A stretch of 35,992 nt of DNA from Paraglomus brasilianum (taxonomy: Eukaryota): contig CAJVPI010000310.1 in the NCBI GenBank assembly GCA_910592345.1, forward strand, positions 1 to 35,992, written 5' to 3'. The notes beneath the pieces are model-generated. The model made no database searches. It was not told where the DNA came from and saw nothing but the letters and a program-made list of their open reading frames with translations. The position numbers and the translations under genes are program-made. Positions 12,612 through 24,415 of this stretch are shown one piece after another (the first letter of the stretch is position 1; every line of letters starts with the position of its first letter).

Positions 12612-13837
12612 TAGATGCTTTTTCATAAATGCAGAACTTTTTATTAGGAGGAATATATTATATTCAATTGGTTTCCAGATTTTTCTCAAGAACTTTTGTT
12701 GCGAATTAGTTAGAAATTAATCAATAATTAATCTGGTTATAACCAAAAGTTGTATATATTGAAACTTGACTAAGCTACTGTAATTCTTCTGAGTAATACA
12801 GATGTTTCGTTATCTTCCTCACTTGAAGACCATCTTTTTTTTTTGTATATGTGATTGATCAGAGAAAATTCTCAGTGTGAATGTAACCTAAAGAGTTCAT
12901 TGCCGTCGTTTACAGAGATAAATCTGCCGCCTTAATATAAACGAAAAGTAAAAGGTCTGACTGCTTTTTCGCTTCCGTAGAGTAATAGCAATATCAAATA
13001 GAGGATATACAAGTTTGTCTTGGAGCTGTTACAAGATCGTCGGATTTGTGACTGAGACCTTGGTTATCAAAGATACTCTATACGAGACGGATCAAATAAC
13101 CGTACCGTTTATTCTCTATTGCTATCTACAGTCTGAAAATTTATAATTCGAAACGTGTGATATATTTTATTGGGCGTCCCAGGCAGATATGAATTTGTAA
13201 GAGATCTAATTCTGCTGATTACGATTGGGCTCTTACTGAAGATGGGTGAGCTTTAGAAAGGAGACAATAATCGGAGTCAAGCAAATTTATGGTGAAGTAA
13301 ATGGGCATCTCCAAACCATTTTTGCTTACACGAATTTGTCGTAACAGCATCTTTAACGTTCAACATTATTTGAGAAAATACTTCCTTCACTTTCATCTAG
13401 GAGAAGATTAGAATCTTTCTTTATGTCTTTGGTCCCCAAATGATTAAAGAATTTGAACTAAGCTCAAATGTGCAACACACTCAAAGCGTACAGTATGTAT
13501 CAAAGCCTCTATTTCCTAATTATAAATATCGGTTATTCTGCCATGCACATGTTCGTGAATATACGCGTAATCAGTATGCATATACCTCGTTAGACAACAG
13601 TTACTTTATTTATTAGTTTGCGCAAAAATGACTGTTTTAAATGTTTCGAAGACAAGATAAAAGCCGTTTTTCCTATCGGTTATTTTTACGGGCACAACAT
13701 AAAAAATAATTATTACTATTATTGTGAGAGCAAAATTCAACTGTTTAACAAAAAGGATAAAAGTGTGCTTTATCTTAATAATTGACATCTTTTGACCATA
13801 CCGCATAATAATAATTAAATGTATTATAAATACAAGT

Positions 13838-13895
13838 GGCTCTCGAAATAAGAAAGTGATCGGGCCCAACAAATTCCTTTCTTATATCGAGAGCC
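13838..13895. repeat. 19-bp inverted repeat with 20-nt spacer; likely collapsed pogo-type MITE
   Basis: GGCTCTCGAAATAAGAAAG ... CTTTCTTATATCGAGAGCC (18/19 complementary). Confidence 0.65.
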
Positions 13896-14325
13896 GATTC
13901 TTTTATACTATATTAAAATTTCCAATTCGGTAATGCTCATAAAGATGTTAGAAACATGATTATCAAGTCTCTAAATAATAATAATTTTAGCTCAGACCGC
14001 ATCATATTTCACCAGCAAAAAGCGTAAACAACAGTTGTTTATTACGCATCTTAACTGAGCTGTCTTTATAACATTTTGGAATAAAAGCGTCAGTTCTATG
14101 CCCGAGCTAGCAAGGGCCGTTTCAACCGTGGGGTATAATGTTAGAGACTGGCACATTGAAGCATAGAAGATTTAGAGAAATTTTAACAGAGAAAATGGAA
14201 TTCTATTCCAGAGTCCGTCCTAAATAATTAATTCCGTGAGCGAATTAATTTGGTTTTCAAATAATGTATATTAATTTATCATTACATTTTGTGCGATATA
14301 CGTGTATAATAAATATACTATACTA

Positions 14326-14841
14326 CAGTCGACTGCCTATAATTCGACCCCCTTTAATTCGATTTTCCAGCAATTCGACCGCCTGGAGAAAAGACCCGAC
14401 TTTTCATATGAAATTTCTTCCGTTTATTTGATAACACATAGTGATTTACGATAATTCGTAATTCGACCGCTCAAATGATTTACAATCAATCCAGGACGTA
14501 TAAATAGTAATTACGTCCGTTAATTCGAACGATAGCAAGTCATGTCTATTTATGGATCAATTGATAATTTTTACGACCGGGAGTATTGTATTTATTTCAT
14601 AATAAAAAAATCCGATTATTCGATCGAACATGTGTATTATAAGAAAGTCACAATAGACAAGTTTGATTACATCTTAAAATGCCACAACTGCGAGGTTCTT
14701 GATATTTCTCGAGCAACAAGACAACATCGAATTTAAGACAGAAGACATGAACATTGCCTCCATCGACAAGTTAAGTATATTACGTAAGATTGAGATTTTG
14801 TGTTACATTAAGTGATTGGGTATGTTAATTCGACTGGACTG
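14326..14841. mobile_element. Degenerate pogo/Tigger-like MITE
   Basis: TA-CAGTC...GACTG-TA termini and many internal AATTCGA motifs. TIR match beyond 5 bp is poor. Confidence 0.4.
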
Positions 14842-15079
14842 TATATTAATATAGCATACTGCACTAATGATGAAGAGAAAAGTATTAGACCATAAAAGCA
14901 CTACCTTGGAGCGTAGCATAGTAATAGGTGTATTCGCCGCAGTAAACGAGGTATTTGAAGGTCAGTCAGGTGAAGGACAAAAAAAGGTCATACAAAAGTG
15001 CAGTGCGTAGCACAAGTGTTGAGAACGAGATTTGCGCACTTGAAAAAAAAAACAAAAAAAAACACTTTTAATTCAAACT

Positions 15080-17581
15080 ATGTCGTTAGCATCAGGAGTT
15101 GTTCATAATCCAGCAATTAACGATTTGGTTCGATCCGAGTCACAACTCGAATGGATTCCTTGCTCGCAAATTACCAACATAGAGCCAACTCAAATTGACT
15201 ACGTTCATTACGCTAATATTGACAAGCGAACAGAGATAATGTTACTATTCCTTAGAGAATGCACACCAACACTTGTGAGTGAGTTTGCTAGAATACACTC
15301 ACTTCCGACACGCAAGTACAAGTACAATAATATCAGTCAATTTAGACGATATGAGGAATGGCTTACGTATCGCAACGGACTCATAAGGGGGTTTACCAAG
15401 TATGACGATGATTACTACATGGTTGCTAATAAACGCTTTTACCATTGTTACTCTCAATATGGATTCTGCTCTACATGTGGAATACTCCGATGTAGTCCTG
15501 TGTGGTGCATTTGCGGACAAAAACAATTATCCGATGGATGGACTAGCAACAATAAGCAACTCGATGAGTTTATCAAGAAATCTCAAGTACAAACAAATTC
15601 TGCAAATGAACACTATTTGGACTGGATTCCATTTGATTGTATTGACGATTGTGGATGTAATAAAGGATGCTTACTTGGTCTACCTACTCCTTATGCACAA
15701 GTTACATTGATTCCACTTGAGATAACTGATGAGACAGATGATTTATATTATGACGAGGTAACCTATTTATGCATCATGTTATTGAATTGCTTAAATAATT
15801 GCTGACTACTATGTATCATGTCCACTAGTTATATGATTCGCTTTCAGCTAATAATGTATGGACAACTATTGGGTTTACATATAATACAAACAAACAAAAG
15901 TATTGTCTAATAGAATGTGGGGATGGATTCTGTCTGGCATGCACAGAGCCATTAAACCCTAAGATAAATGCATTCTGTTTCAACTGTAAAGCACCACAAC
16001 CTCTCGATTGGACGACTGGTAACAAGTCTTTGGATTCATTTATTATGGAATCATGGAGTAATGGGGAGAATGAAGATGATGCATATATACAATGGATCAA
16101 ATACTCTTTATTATCAAATATACAAGAGATGACATCATTACGTCATGGATGCACACATATAGCAGAATGGTTAGAACCAATTGCAAATGGATTGACATGT
16201 GTGACACTCAAAAAGATAGTTGAGCAAAACAATCCATTATTTGACTTTTATCAGGTAAATTATTTTGTGCATAAACTATGCAAATAGTATTACTAACTTA
16301 CAGCACATGTGTTTAACATCAATTATTGTTGTAACAACTGTATTTTATTACTCAAACAGCTAACCAAGGAATACCCTGAAATATTGACTCCAGATATAGA
16401 TAATGTTGGGATAATTGGGATCACTGAAGAACCATCTTCTCACAAATACTATTTAGTGTTCTACCACAACATACATATAGTATTGGACAAAATTATACAA
16501 ACTAACAAACATGTTGAGTATATACCATATACTGACTTTGATAAATTTAAGGAAATTGGATCTGGAGGTTATGCAACTGTCTATACTGCCAGATATAATA
16601 ATGAAGGAGAGACTGTTGTACTCAAACAGTTTAAGAGTTTTGATAAAATGCCAGAATTATTTATTTCTGAGGTAAGCAATCTTTGATAATGTTAACATTA
16701 ACTGAGATGGTTATTAATCTACTCTTGTGTTTATTTTTATTTAATAGCTTAGAAATCATGCCAGGTGTGCAAACAGGTGTTATTCATTCCTTCAAATTTA
16801 TGGAGTCACACAAAACCCAGAAACAAAAGAGTACATGATTGTTATGCGATATGCTAACGATGGTAATTTTTTGTCTTATTTGGAGCGAAAAATTAATGAC
16901 TTGACGTGGATGGATAAATTAGAGTGTTTACGTAATATTGCATATGATCTGGATACTATCCATTATACAGGATTTGTGCATTGTAACCTTCATGACAGAA
17001 ACATTGTTCTGGACGATAACCATGTTCCATTGAGTCGGCCATACATATGCGATCTTGGTCTCTCACGATCAGTGGATTCATGCGAGTCAAATTCAACTAT
17101 TCGAGGCGTTTTATCCTCCTATACTGCACCGGAAGTCTTCCATACCCGCAAATTTACTCAGAAATCAGACATATATTCTTTTGGTATTATTATGCATTTG
17201 ATGGCCACTGGTGAACCACCATTTGGAAGTAAGCAGTTTGATAGAGACTTAATATGCGATATTATGGGTGGACTACGACCATTGATGCCTGATTCTGCAC
17301 CAGATGGATACAAGAAACTTGCCGAGCGGTGTTGTGATGCTGATCCTGATAAGCGTCCAGATATACGGACACTTCATGCTGATATTTTCAAGCTTCTTCA
17401 AGAGGCGGAGGTAGAGCATCATAATTATGTATGGAAGGTTTATTATAGGCCTTTATCACGTATCGAAAAGGAGAGTGAATATTCCAGTAAGCTTTTACCT
17501 ACGGGAGAATTGTCTAAACCAAGAAATAGCTATGATTCGGATTCACCGTCCACTTCTTATAATTTAGGAACTTTTGAATAA
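15080..17581 (+). CDS. TKL kinase-like protein, copy 2, about 749 aa, predicted pseudokinase with repeated N-lobe/Cys modules; exons 15080-15757, 15829-16254, 16360-16671, 16748-17581
   Basis: Three phase-0 GT-AG introns give a continuous frame. EIGSGGYATVY Gly-loop, VVLK, HCNLHDRN (catalytic D to N), DLG, APE, DIYSFG. Confidence 0.88.
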
Positions 17582-17763
17582 CTTGTAATTCACGGGTTAT
17601 TTACAGTTTATGCGGGATTTATTCAAATTTTTACTCCTCTTCCATTTATATGATGCGCTTACATGTACAGATGTCAATGTGGTTGAGTTAACAGGATGTT
17701 GAAATAAAATCGTGCAGGTTTACTGTTAGCTGCTTTTGCTGGGGTAGCATAATTTATTACAAG

Positions 17764-18946
17764 ACTATATTCAGTTTAAATTTTGGTTAGATATTTGTGG
17801 ATTTATAAGCCTGTACTAGTACATTCAATTCTTTCAAACATTGAGAGCCGATTTTGTGAGTCACTGTAGCCTCACCATCTAGTTGAACTGAGCTCGAATA
17901 TAGCTACGCATTTATTCAGGAACGATTAGCATCAAACTCATTACCAGTTTCATAACTTTAGATAATTGGTCTCAATATTCACTTGCTTTCTGGCTTTTAA
18001 TACAATTTTGTTTTATTGAAAAAGACTTGTTGAAACATGAATTTTAAAGTTTATCAGTACATTGAGCCAGTTTTGTAACCCATAACTAACTTACCTGTTA
18101 TCGTTATACATTTGTAACATGTAATGCAAACATCGAACACGCGTTTAAACTTACCAAAATAGATTGTTTACACTTAACAAGATTATTTACACTTTTTAAG
18201 CGCGCATTTCCTCTTCCTCTTAGATTGTTGCATTATGAAGTCTATTCCGAAACTCGTAATAATATTCTGTCACTACTTGATAATTGACTTTGGTCGCGTA
18301 AAAATTACTACACACTTAGTATTAGATGTTAGCCATGCTACCATCGAAATACGTGCAAAGTCAAGAATGGATATGCAGAAAAGTCGCGGCGGACGACCAA
18401 CTAAACTTAAGGCCAATTAATTACAATAAGTATAGGCTACTTCGCACAATTATTTCATGCAAGGCGGATAATGCTGTCCAACTCACCCGTGAGCTAAGGG
18501 ATATCAGTAATATATAAGTCAGTGCCTAGATAGTACACCATGCTTCTTAAAAGAAGCTGGGTTAAAGGCAACAATGAAGAAGAAATAGCCATGACTTTTG
18601 CCAAGACACATCTGCTAGTGACTTGACTTTGCAACAAGTACCCAACATACAAAGTATGTATTGATCTAATAGAAAGTATGCCATGTTACTGCTGTGTTAA
18701 AAGCCAAAAGTGGCTATACAAAACATTAAATAAACCATTATTTTCAATTTCTTTAATACAAGTTACAAAATTAGCTCAATGCATTGATAAACTTTAAAAA
18801 TCTATACCTCAAAAAGTTCCAATCCTTTTTTAATAAAACAAATTGTATTAGAAGCCGGAAAGCATGACTATATTCAGTTTGAATTTTGAATAATTGTGGA
18901 GTTATAAGCCCGTACATTCAATTCTTTCAAACGTTTTGAGTCACTG
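17764..18946 (+). mobile_element. Internally deleted Tc1-family DNA transposon with long (~185 bp) TIRs; outer left TIR inverted
   Basis: Transposase relics GGRPTKL, KADNAVQLTRELRD, LKEAGLKATMKKK*P*L..H...LDFA and C-terminus LIESMP/AVLKAKSGYTKH*; no DDE core seen. Termini GAGTCACTG-TA at 18946 and 17866; 17982-18080 is the reverse complement of ~18761-18864. Confidence 0.9.
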
Positions 18947-18949
18947 TAC

Positions 18950-19085
18950 ATTGCAATTGCCAATTTTACTGCTATCATATATCTGTGCTTTCTGACATTG
19001 TTTTCATATCCAACCCAATTTTTTCTAAAACAAGGCAAGGTTTTCTTGCTCAACTCTTCACCTTGATAATTTCGTGATTAGAATG
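18950..19085 (-). pseudogene. Short MON2-like fragment belonging to the copy 2 cassette
   Basis: TTCGTGATTAGAATGTAGACAAGAATTCT matches the copy 1 flank (TTCATGACTACAACGCAAACAAGAATTCT) at 23/29. Translates KNSCLHSNHE and VLEKIGLD. Confidence 0.45.
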
Positions 19086-19735
19086 TAGACAAGAATTCTT
19101 ATACAGCAAAATCCTGATAATAATACACTTTTATGTGAAAAATCTATTGGTGCAAACAAATTGGAACACCTGTTTCAATGCCAATTCTGCAGCAATATCT
19201 TGCTGAGAGGTTACTATTACAGCCATGAGGAATGCATGAGTTTGGGCAGTTGTAAGGTGAAGTAGCAAGTTAGGTCCATATAAAAAAAACACTTAATAAT
19301 GCAAAAGAATATAGGGAAATAATGATAATGTATGTTTATCTGGTGTAAAATTATAATAAAACTTATATCAAAATGTTCCTGAATCTGTTGGTAAAATCGG
19401 ATTTTTGAATCTGAGATTTTATTATTACTATCATTAATAATTATCTTTATAATTTACATTTAGAAATTCCTTATCATGGAAGCAACAACAGCCTTTCCTC
19501 TACCAAGTAACTTGTGAATTTCAAATGCCATTCTCAAGTCGTATAATCGTCTCAATATTAATATCTGGTGAATAAATTTTGTTGTAACTTCATTGTCTTA
19601 GTTAAGCCATACTATTACTATGGAGTTGACCATTACAATTACGCCCAAAGCCAATTAATGCTCCAAGAAAGAATTCGCTTGTGAATGTAAGCATGTTTCT
19701 GCAAAGCGTTATTAATGAGACTTGTTTTGAAAGTA

Positions 19736-20015
19736 CCGTATTTCTCGGACTAAAGTATCCCCATAACATAGTCCCATCCCTGCCTTTCGAATCATTTTTC
19801 TTATATTAAAGCAAGCAAGATGTTGCAAATTTTATTCGTGTTTCGTAAGATGCAAAATCTTTTTAAGTACGTTACAACCAATAAAATAGCGATTTACATC
19901 GTCATATACCTCTAGTATAATACCACTATCCGATCAAAGTACCACACCATGCATAGTACCCCACGGTACAACGGTTTTGTAAAATACCACTGGTACTTTA
20001 GTCCGAGAAATACGG
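19736..20015. mobile_element. Intact 280-bp pogo/Tc1-mariner-type MITE
   Basis: Perfect 22-bp TIRs CCGTATTTCTCGGACTAAAGTA / TACTTTAGTCCGAGAAATACGG, flanked by TA on both sides. Confidence 0.92.
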
Positions 20016-20535
20016 TAAGTGTACTAGTACTAGTGCTGTTTTATAATAAAATCTTTTTTCTTTGTTCGTCGTACTAACGCGAATTTACGCATCAGTTATC
20101 ATTGGTTGGTTGCAATGACGCGACAATAGCCAATCCTAATATGTATGTAACGTCATTAATTAAGAACTGATGTTTATACTTTGTTCTTAACATCTTCCCC
20201 AATACAAATGAGCAGCCAACTCCAATCCGATATAGGAAGAATTAAAACTGAGATAGAACGCACTAAAGCTCTCCCGGCTAATAACCCAGGACATGCCGTC
20301 ACTCTTCCGCCTTTATATGCTTACCCTGCTGAAATACAGAAAGCAGAAAATTTTCTATTGAAAGATTCGAGAAAAGGTAATGACTTTACGAGTCAATTGT
20401 TGAGGACATAGAGGAGAGTAGAGTAGACAATAGCAACATGGGATTTTTTTATTGTGAGTTTGTTGATCAGGTAGGTGTTGTGGTGGTAAGTTTACTGTAG
20501 AACTAAGACTAGGGTAGAATCGTAGAGTAGACATA

Positions 20536-21384
20536 ATGCGTAAGAGAGTGTGGTACTGCCCGAGAGAGCTGACCTACCTTTTTTTTTCTTTCTTGCTTTT
20601 CATATTAAGTGCCGCAATTGCCTCTTCAAGGTACAGTGAGTTTTGATTTCCAACCATTCTCCCACATCTTTTTCAAAATGAATATGACAATCTGTATATT
20701 GACTTATTTCCCATACCCTCTTCTTTCTAACCTGTGCTGCCATCTAGCTATCCAACCAACCGCTTTTTATCCAACTGCAAACGGTAATGTTTATAACTAT
20801 TACCACGGACATTCGAATCGGGTTATAACTAGAGAGGACTTGAAGCAAATGGCTATCCAGAAGTACGAATCGAGGATATACTATTCTAATCGATATTACG
20901 GTGAGCGTTAACACTATTACTTTAGGCTTATGACATGTCATTATTATTCACTGGGAGTGCTCTTCAGCTCTTCTTACATATAATCTCTCCCGAAGATGAT
21001 GAAATGGAGTACAGGTACGCGATTCAAGTTGGACGCGAAAAATAAAACTGTACATTCTTTTCGAATCTTGACCATCCACGAGCAATTGCTGTTTGTATGA
21101 TCAGGCACGTGGTCTTGCCTCGTGCTATTGCTGAATTTCTTCCGCCAAATAAGCTCATGACAGAAGAAGAATGGAGAAGTTTTGGCCTTCAACAGTCTAC
21201 GGGATGGGAGCACTATATGATTCATTGTGAGTAGATAATTATCAAAAGACCGAGATATTCCATAGTAATAGAATTATGTCTAATAAATCGGTTTTTTGCA
21301 GCGCCGGAACCTCATATTCTGCTTTTTCGACGAGAAAGAGACTATCAACTCAAATATCCTCCTGCAAAGGGAAATCAAGTCTGA
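20536..21384 (+). CDS. cks1: Cyclin-dependent kinase regulatory subunit Cks1/Suc1, 133 aa; exons 20536-20539, 20610-20630, 20748-20900, 20996-21014, 21105-21226, 21302-21384
   Basis: [55 protein letters not shown] is the CKS signature; 402 nt spliced. The first two small exons are less certain. Confidence 0.93.
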
Positions 21385-23786
21385 AGGTAAGTTGAATGAG
21401 TGGAAAGTATCGGCTTAATTGGCGTCCGCTGGCAATCACGTTGACATTGTTCCTAAAACCTTGCTAATCAGATTAAGTGTTGGGGGCAGGATATTATGAC
21501 GACACTGGTCATCGCCATGGATATAAGTCAGGATGATTCGAAGCGGCGGTATGCTTTACTGATAATTGCTTGAGCGCCTTGAAGCCGGACGTGAAATTTG
21601 CTTGCTTTTACCCCCAACATCTGCTGTCAGATGATAATAGAGCGTTATAACTTTGCAACAATAATTGTTATAGTTAATTTTGTTTATGAAGTCTCTTACC
21701 TCTTCTGCTTAAACCGTTAAGTTGTCTAATAAAATCTCTGTTGCCAGACATTGGTTATGCCCTAACCCTCTTATCGAGAAACCCATTTAGTTCTAGACTT
21801 TAGCCAAAGCCACAATTTATCAATGTTGAAATTTAAATGAGTATTATAACAATAATAATAATTGAAATGTAAACCACTTGAAGGGTATAGCAGTTTGGGG
21901 TAGACATGAGGAATCAAAAATTAATATGTTTATTGCTGTACCAATTCTCAACTGCAATTGTTAATACTCACATTGCCCATATTAATATTAATAAGCTATA
22001 AAAGATCTGCTTTATATTTGGGCTGTACTACTACATAGCATTAAATGTCAATCTTCATGTCAAGCAAAGTGACAATTTAAGCAACAAGAAGCTCTTTCCT
22101 GCTGGGTACACTGTTAAATATGATCTACCAAACCTGAAACTTGCTTGGCCTACCATAGTTTACAAACTCAAACATACAGTTTCCATGTACTGATCTTACC
22201 AAAAAATGGTCATGGTCAAGATAAGATTGAAGAAGAGGAGTTTAAAAAGGTAGAGGTTCTTTCACAGACCTTACAAAGTTACCATATCATCACTGTATTT
22301 ATTACAAGATAATTTCAGCCAGCTTCCAGAGATTGTCTTCTAGTCATACAGAACATCTTTTGGCCTTTTTTTTGGACACGTTTTTTCCACCTGTGCCAAG
22401 GATAATACAAATGTGAACCTTTCAGACCCAACTTCCTTGTCAGAAAGTTTAAACCAATCACAGATACTATTACTATATATATAGCAGAGAAAATCACAGC
22501 TAACAGAAAGAGGAAAATATATTAATATGATATTAAATAGAGTACTTGAATCAAGTTGCAAAAAAAGTATTATCATCCGACCCACCAATGTAAATTAAAA
22601 TGATCCTAAGATGATCATAGGATATATCACGCTTCCCGAATACAAGTATCCGAATTACAATAAAGTCAATATTGAAAGAAAAAAGAATGATACAAGCCAT
22701 TAAATTTCAACAAAATAATAGCATTACTATACTGATGTCTCTAACATCAATCATTATTATGGATGCTTGCTGCACTATCAGAACGAAAAGCACTAAAGGA
22801 AGCGTTAGTATAATTAGGATTAGCGATTACGCTTGACGTAAACACAATAGCCAGAAGTCTCTTTCTCACCACCCATATAAAGATCTCGTACAAAACCGTC
22901 AAACGCCTAAGCTACACTCGTGTCTCAAAAGTCACCGACAGCCCCCGCATTTGCGATTAAATGAGAATATTGGCATAACAGCAATGCAATTACCGTGAAA
23001 TTATCGCTCTTTTCAAAATTCTGCAGTCACACAACATTTGGTCACAACTTTTTTCGCGAAAACAACGATTACAACGTGAAAACAGGTGAAAACTTCGTGA
23101 AAACTTCTGCGAGCCAGTGATTACTAAACCTTTCTGAAGAGTAGAAGACGCCTACTTAATACAACTTTACCTCTTTACTTAGCGCAAGGCAAGAAAAGAA
23201 AGTTTGTTGGGTTGTTACACCAGCGATTATAACTGATTATGAAGCGATTATAACTGATTTTATTGGCTGAAATTGTTTTCGTTTTCATTTTCGTTTTCAA
23301 TTTTTTTTTTATGATGATCATACTATTTTGAAAAGTGCTATAATATCGAATTTAGCGCATCTTATAGATAATATATACACAAAAATTGTAATATGTCAGA
23401 TATCACAACTACGAATTTACCTAGAGCCGACTTTTGTTCCGCGAAAAACGTTAAAGTTGGGTCGTGCGACTCGAATATTATCGTCGGAAAATTAATCCAC
23501 GTGTAACCTTATACTCATTTAAAAGCGCAAAAAAGCCGCTATCATATTTATAAAAAATTGCCCGAATATCTTGCTTCTTGAAAAATCGAATTTGAATCCA
23601 TGGCACTATTCGGTGTCACCAGCTACCCTAATTAAATGCAAATATGACATAACTAGCAATGTAATTGCCGTGAAATTAACACTGAGTCTAGCGCACTTAT
23701 TGTGCAATAATTACAGGGTGTTAGCTCGTAAAAAACTCGATATAACGGACCCTCGATATAATGAATATCGTTGTACAATTAGATAA

Positions 23787-23991
23787 AAAATAGTCTATAT
23801 TTACTATTACGGTCTAACCTTAATGCTAAAACTTGTATCAATATTCGATGCAAATTATTATGTGGTTAGATCAAAATAGTCTATATTTACAGTCTAACCT
23901 AATGCTAAACCATAATGCTAAATATAAAGGATTCTATCCAATGATTCAATGAAGATTAGGTTACATTGACAGTCTAACCGTAATGCTAAAA
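23787..23991 (+). repeat. Imperfect tandem repeats with core GTCTAACC(n)TAATGCTAAA, about 3 copies
   Basis: Core at about 23812, 23892 and 23972; AAAATAGTCTATATTTAC occurs twice. Probably subterminal repeats of the adjacent transposon relic. Confidence 0.7.
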
Positions 23992-24224
23992 GTATGCCAA
24001 TAAATCATGAATCCGTAGGTTAAGTTTCACAATGAAATAATGGAATATCTTTTACGGTGGAATAATACCGGGGTCTATCTGTAATAGTAAAGCCTTATCA
24101 ATGAGCGAGTCCGTTAGTCCTATTGTTGAGTTTGTACAGTGCCCAGCTATACACCGTTTTTATAAATTGTGTTTATAGTCTTACAGGGTAGCCCCACAAA
24201 TTTTCACGTGTTTCGCGGTACTTA

Positions 24225-24415
24225 GGGTCAGTACGCGAACAAATTAATTATGTTCTCGATGAAGATAAAATAATAGGCAAAGGTCCTAATGGTACACCGA
24301 GCATGGTATTCGATGGAATTAAGAGATTAAATAAAGGCGAAAAATATTTAAAAATTACTTGTGATAATGCGGGAGGACAGATAAAAATAACGCTACCATA
24401 ATTTTACCTATATTT
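24225..24415 (+). mobile_element. DDE transposase relic with DNxGGQNKN motif (Sola/DUF7869-like)
   Basis: QINYVLDEDKIIGKGPNGTPSMVFDGIKRLNKGEKYLKITCDNAGGQ, then a 1-nt frameshift into (N)KNNATI. Confidence 0.6.

Noticed and set aside
14093..14168. tRNA/tRNA-Sec-like look (TTCTATGC...GCATAGAA stem, GCCCGAG, TTCAA)
   Set aside because: No T-arm GTTCRA or proper D and anticodon arms; not a cloverleaf.
20181..20411. Short ORF MSSQLQSDIGRIKTEIERTK... followed by a possible donor
   Set aside because: Looks like an isolated first-exon fragment; no downstream exon or family could be supported.
21382..21620. Selenocysteine read-through of the cks1 TGA with a SECIS
   Set aside because: The stop is at the normal Cks1 end, read-through meets another stop within a few codons, and no canonical SECIS geometry is seen.
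23787..23991. CRISPR-like repeat-spacer pattern
   Set aside because: Repeats are irregular and degenerate, the context is eukaryotic and there are no cas genes.
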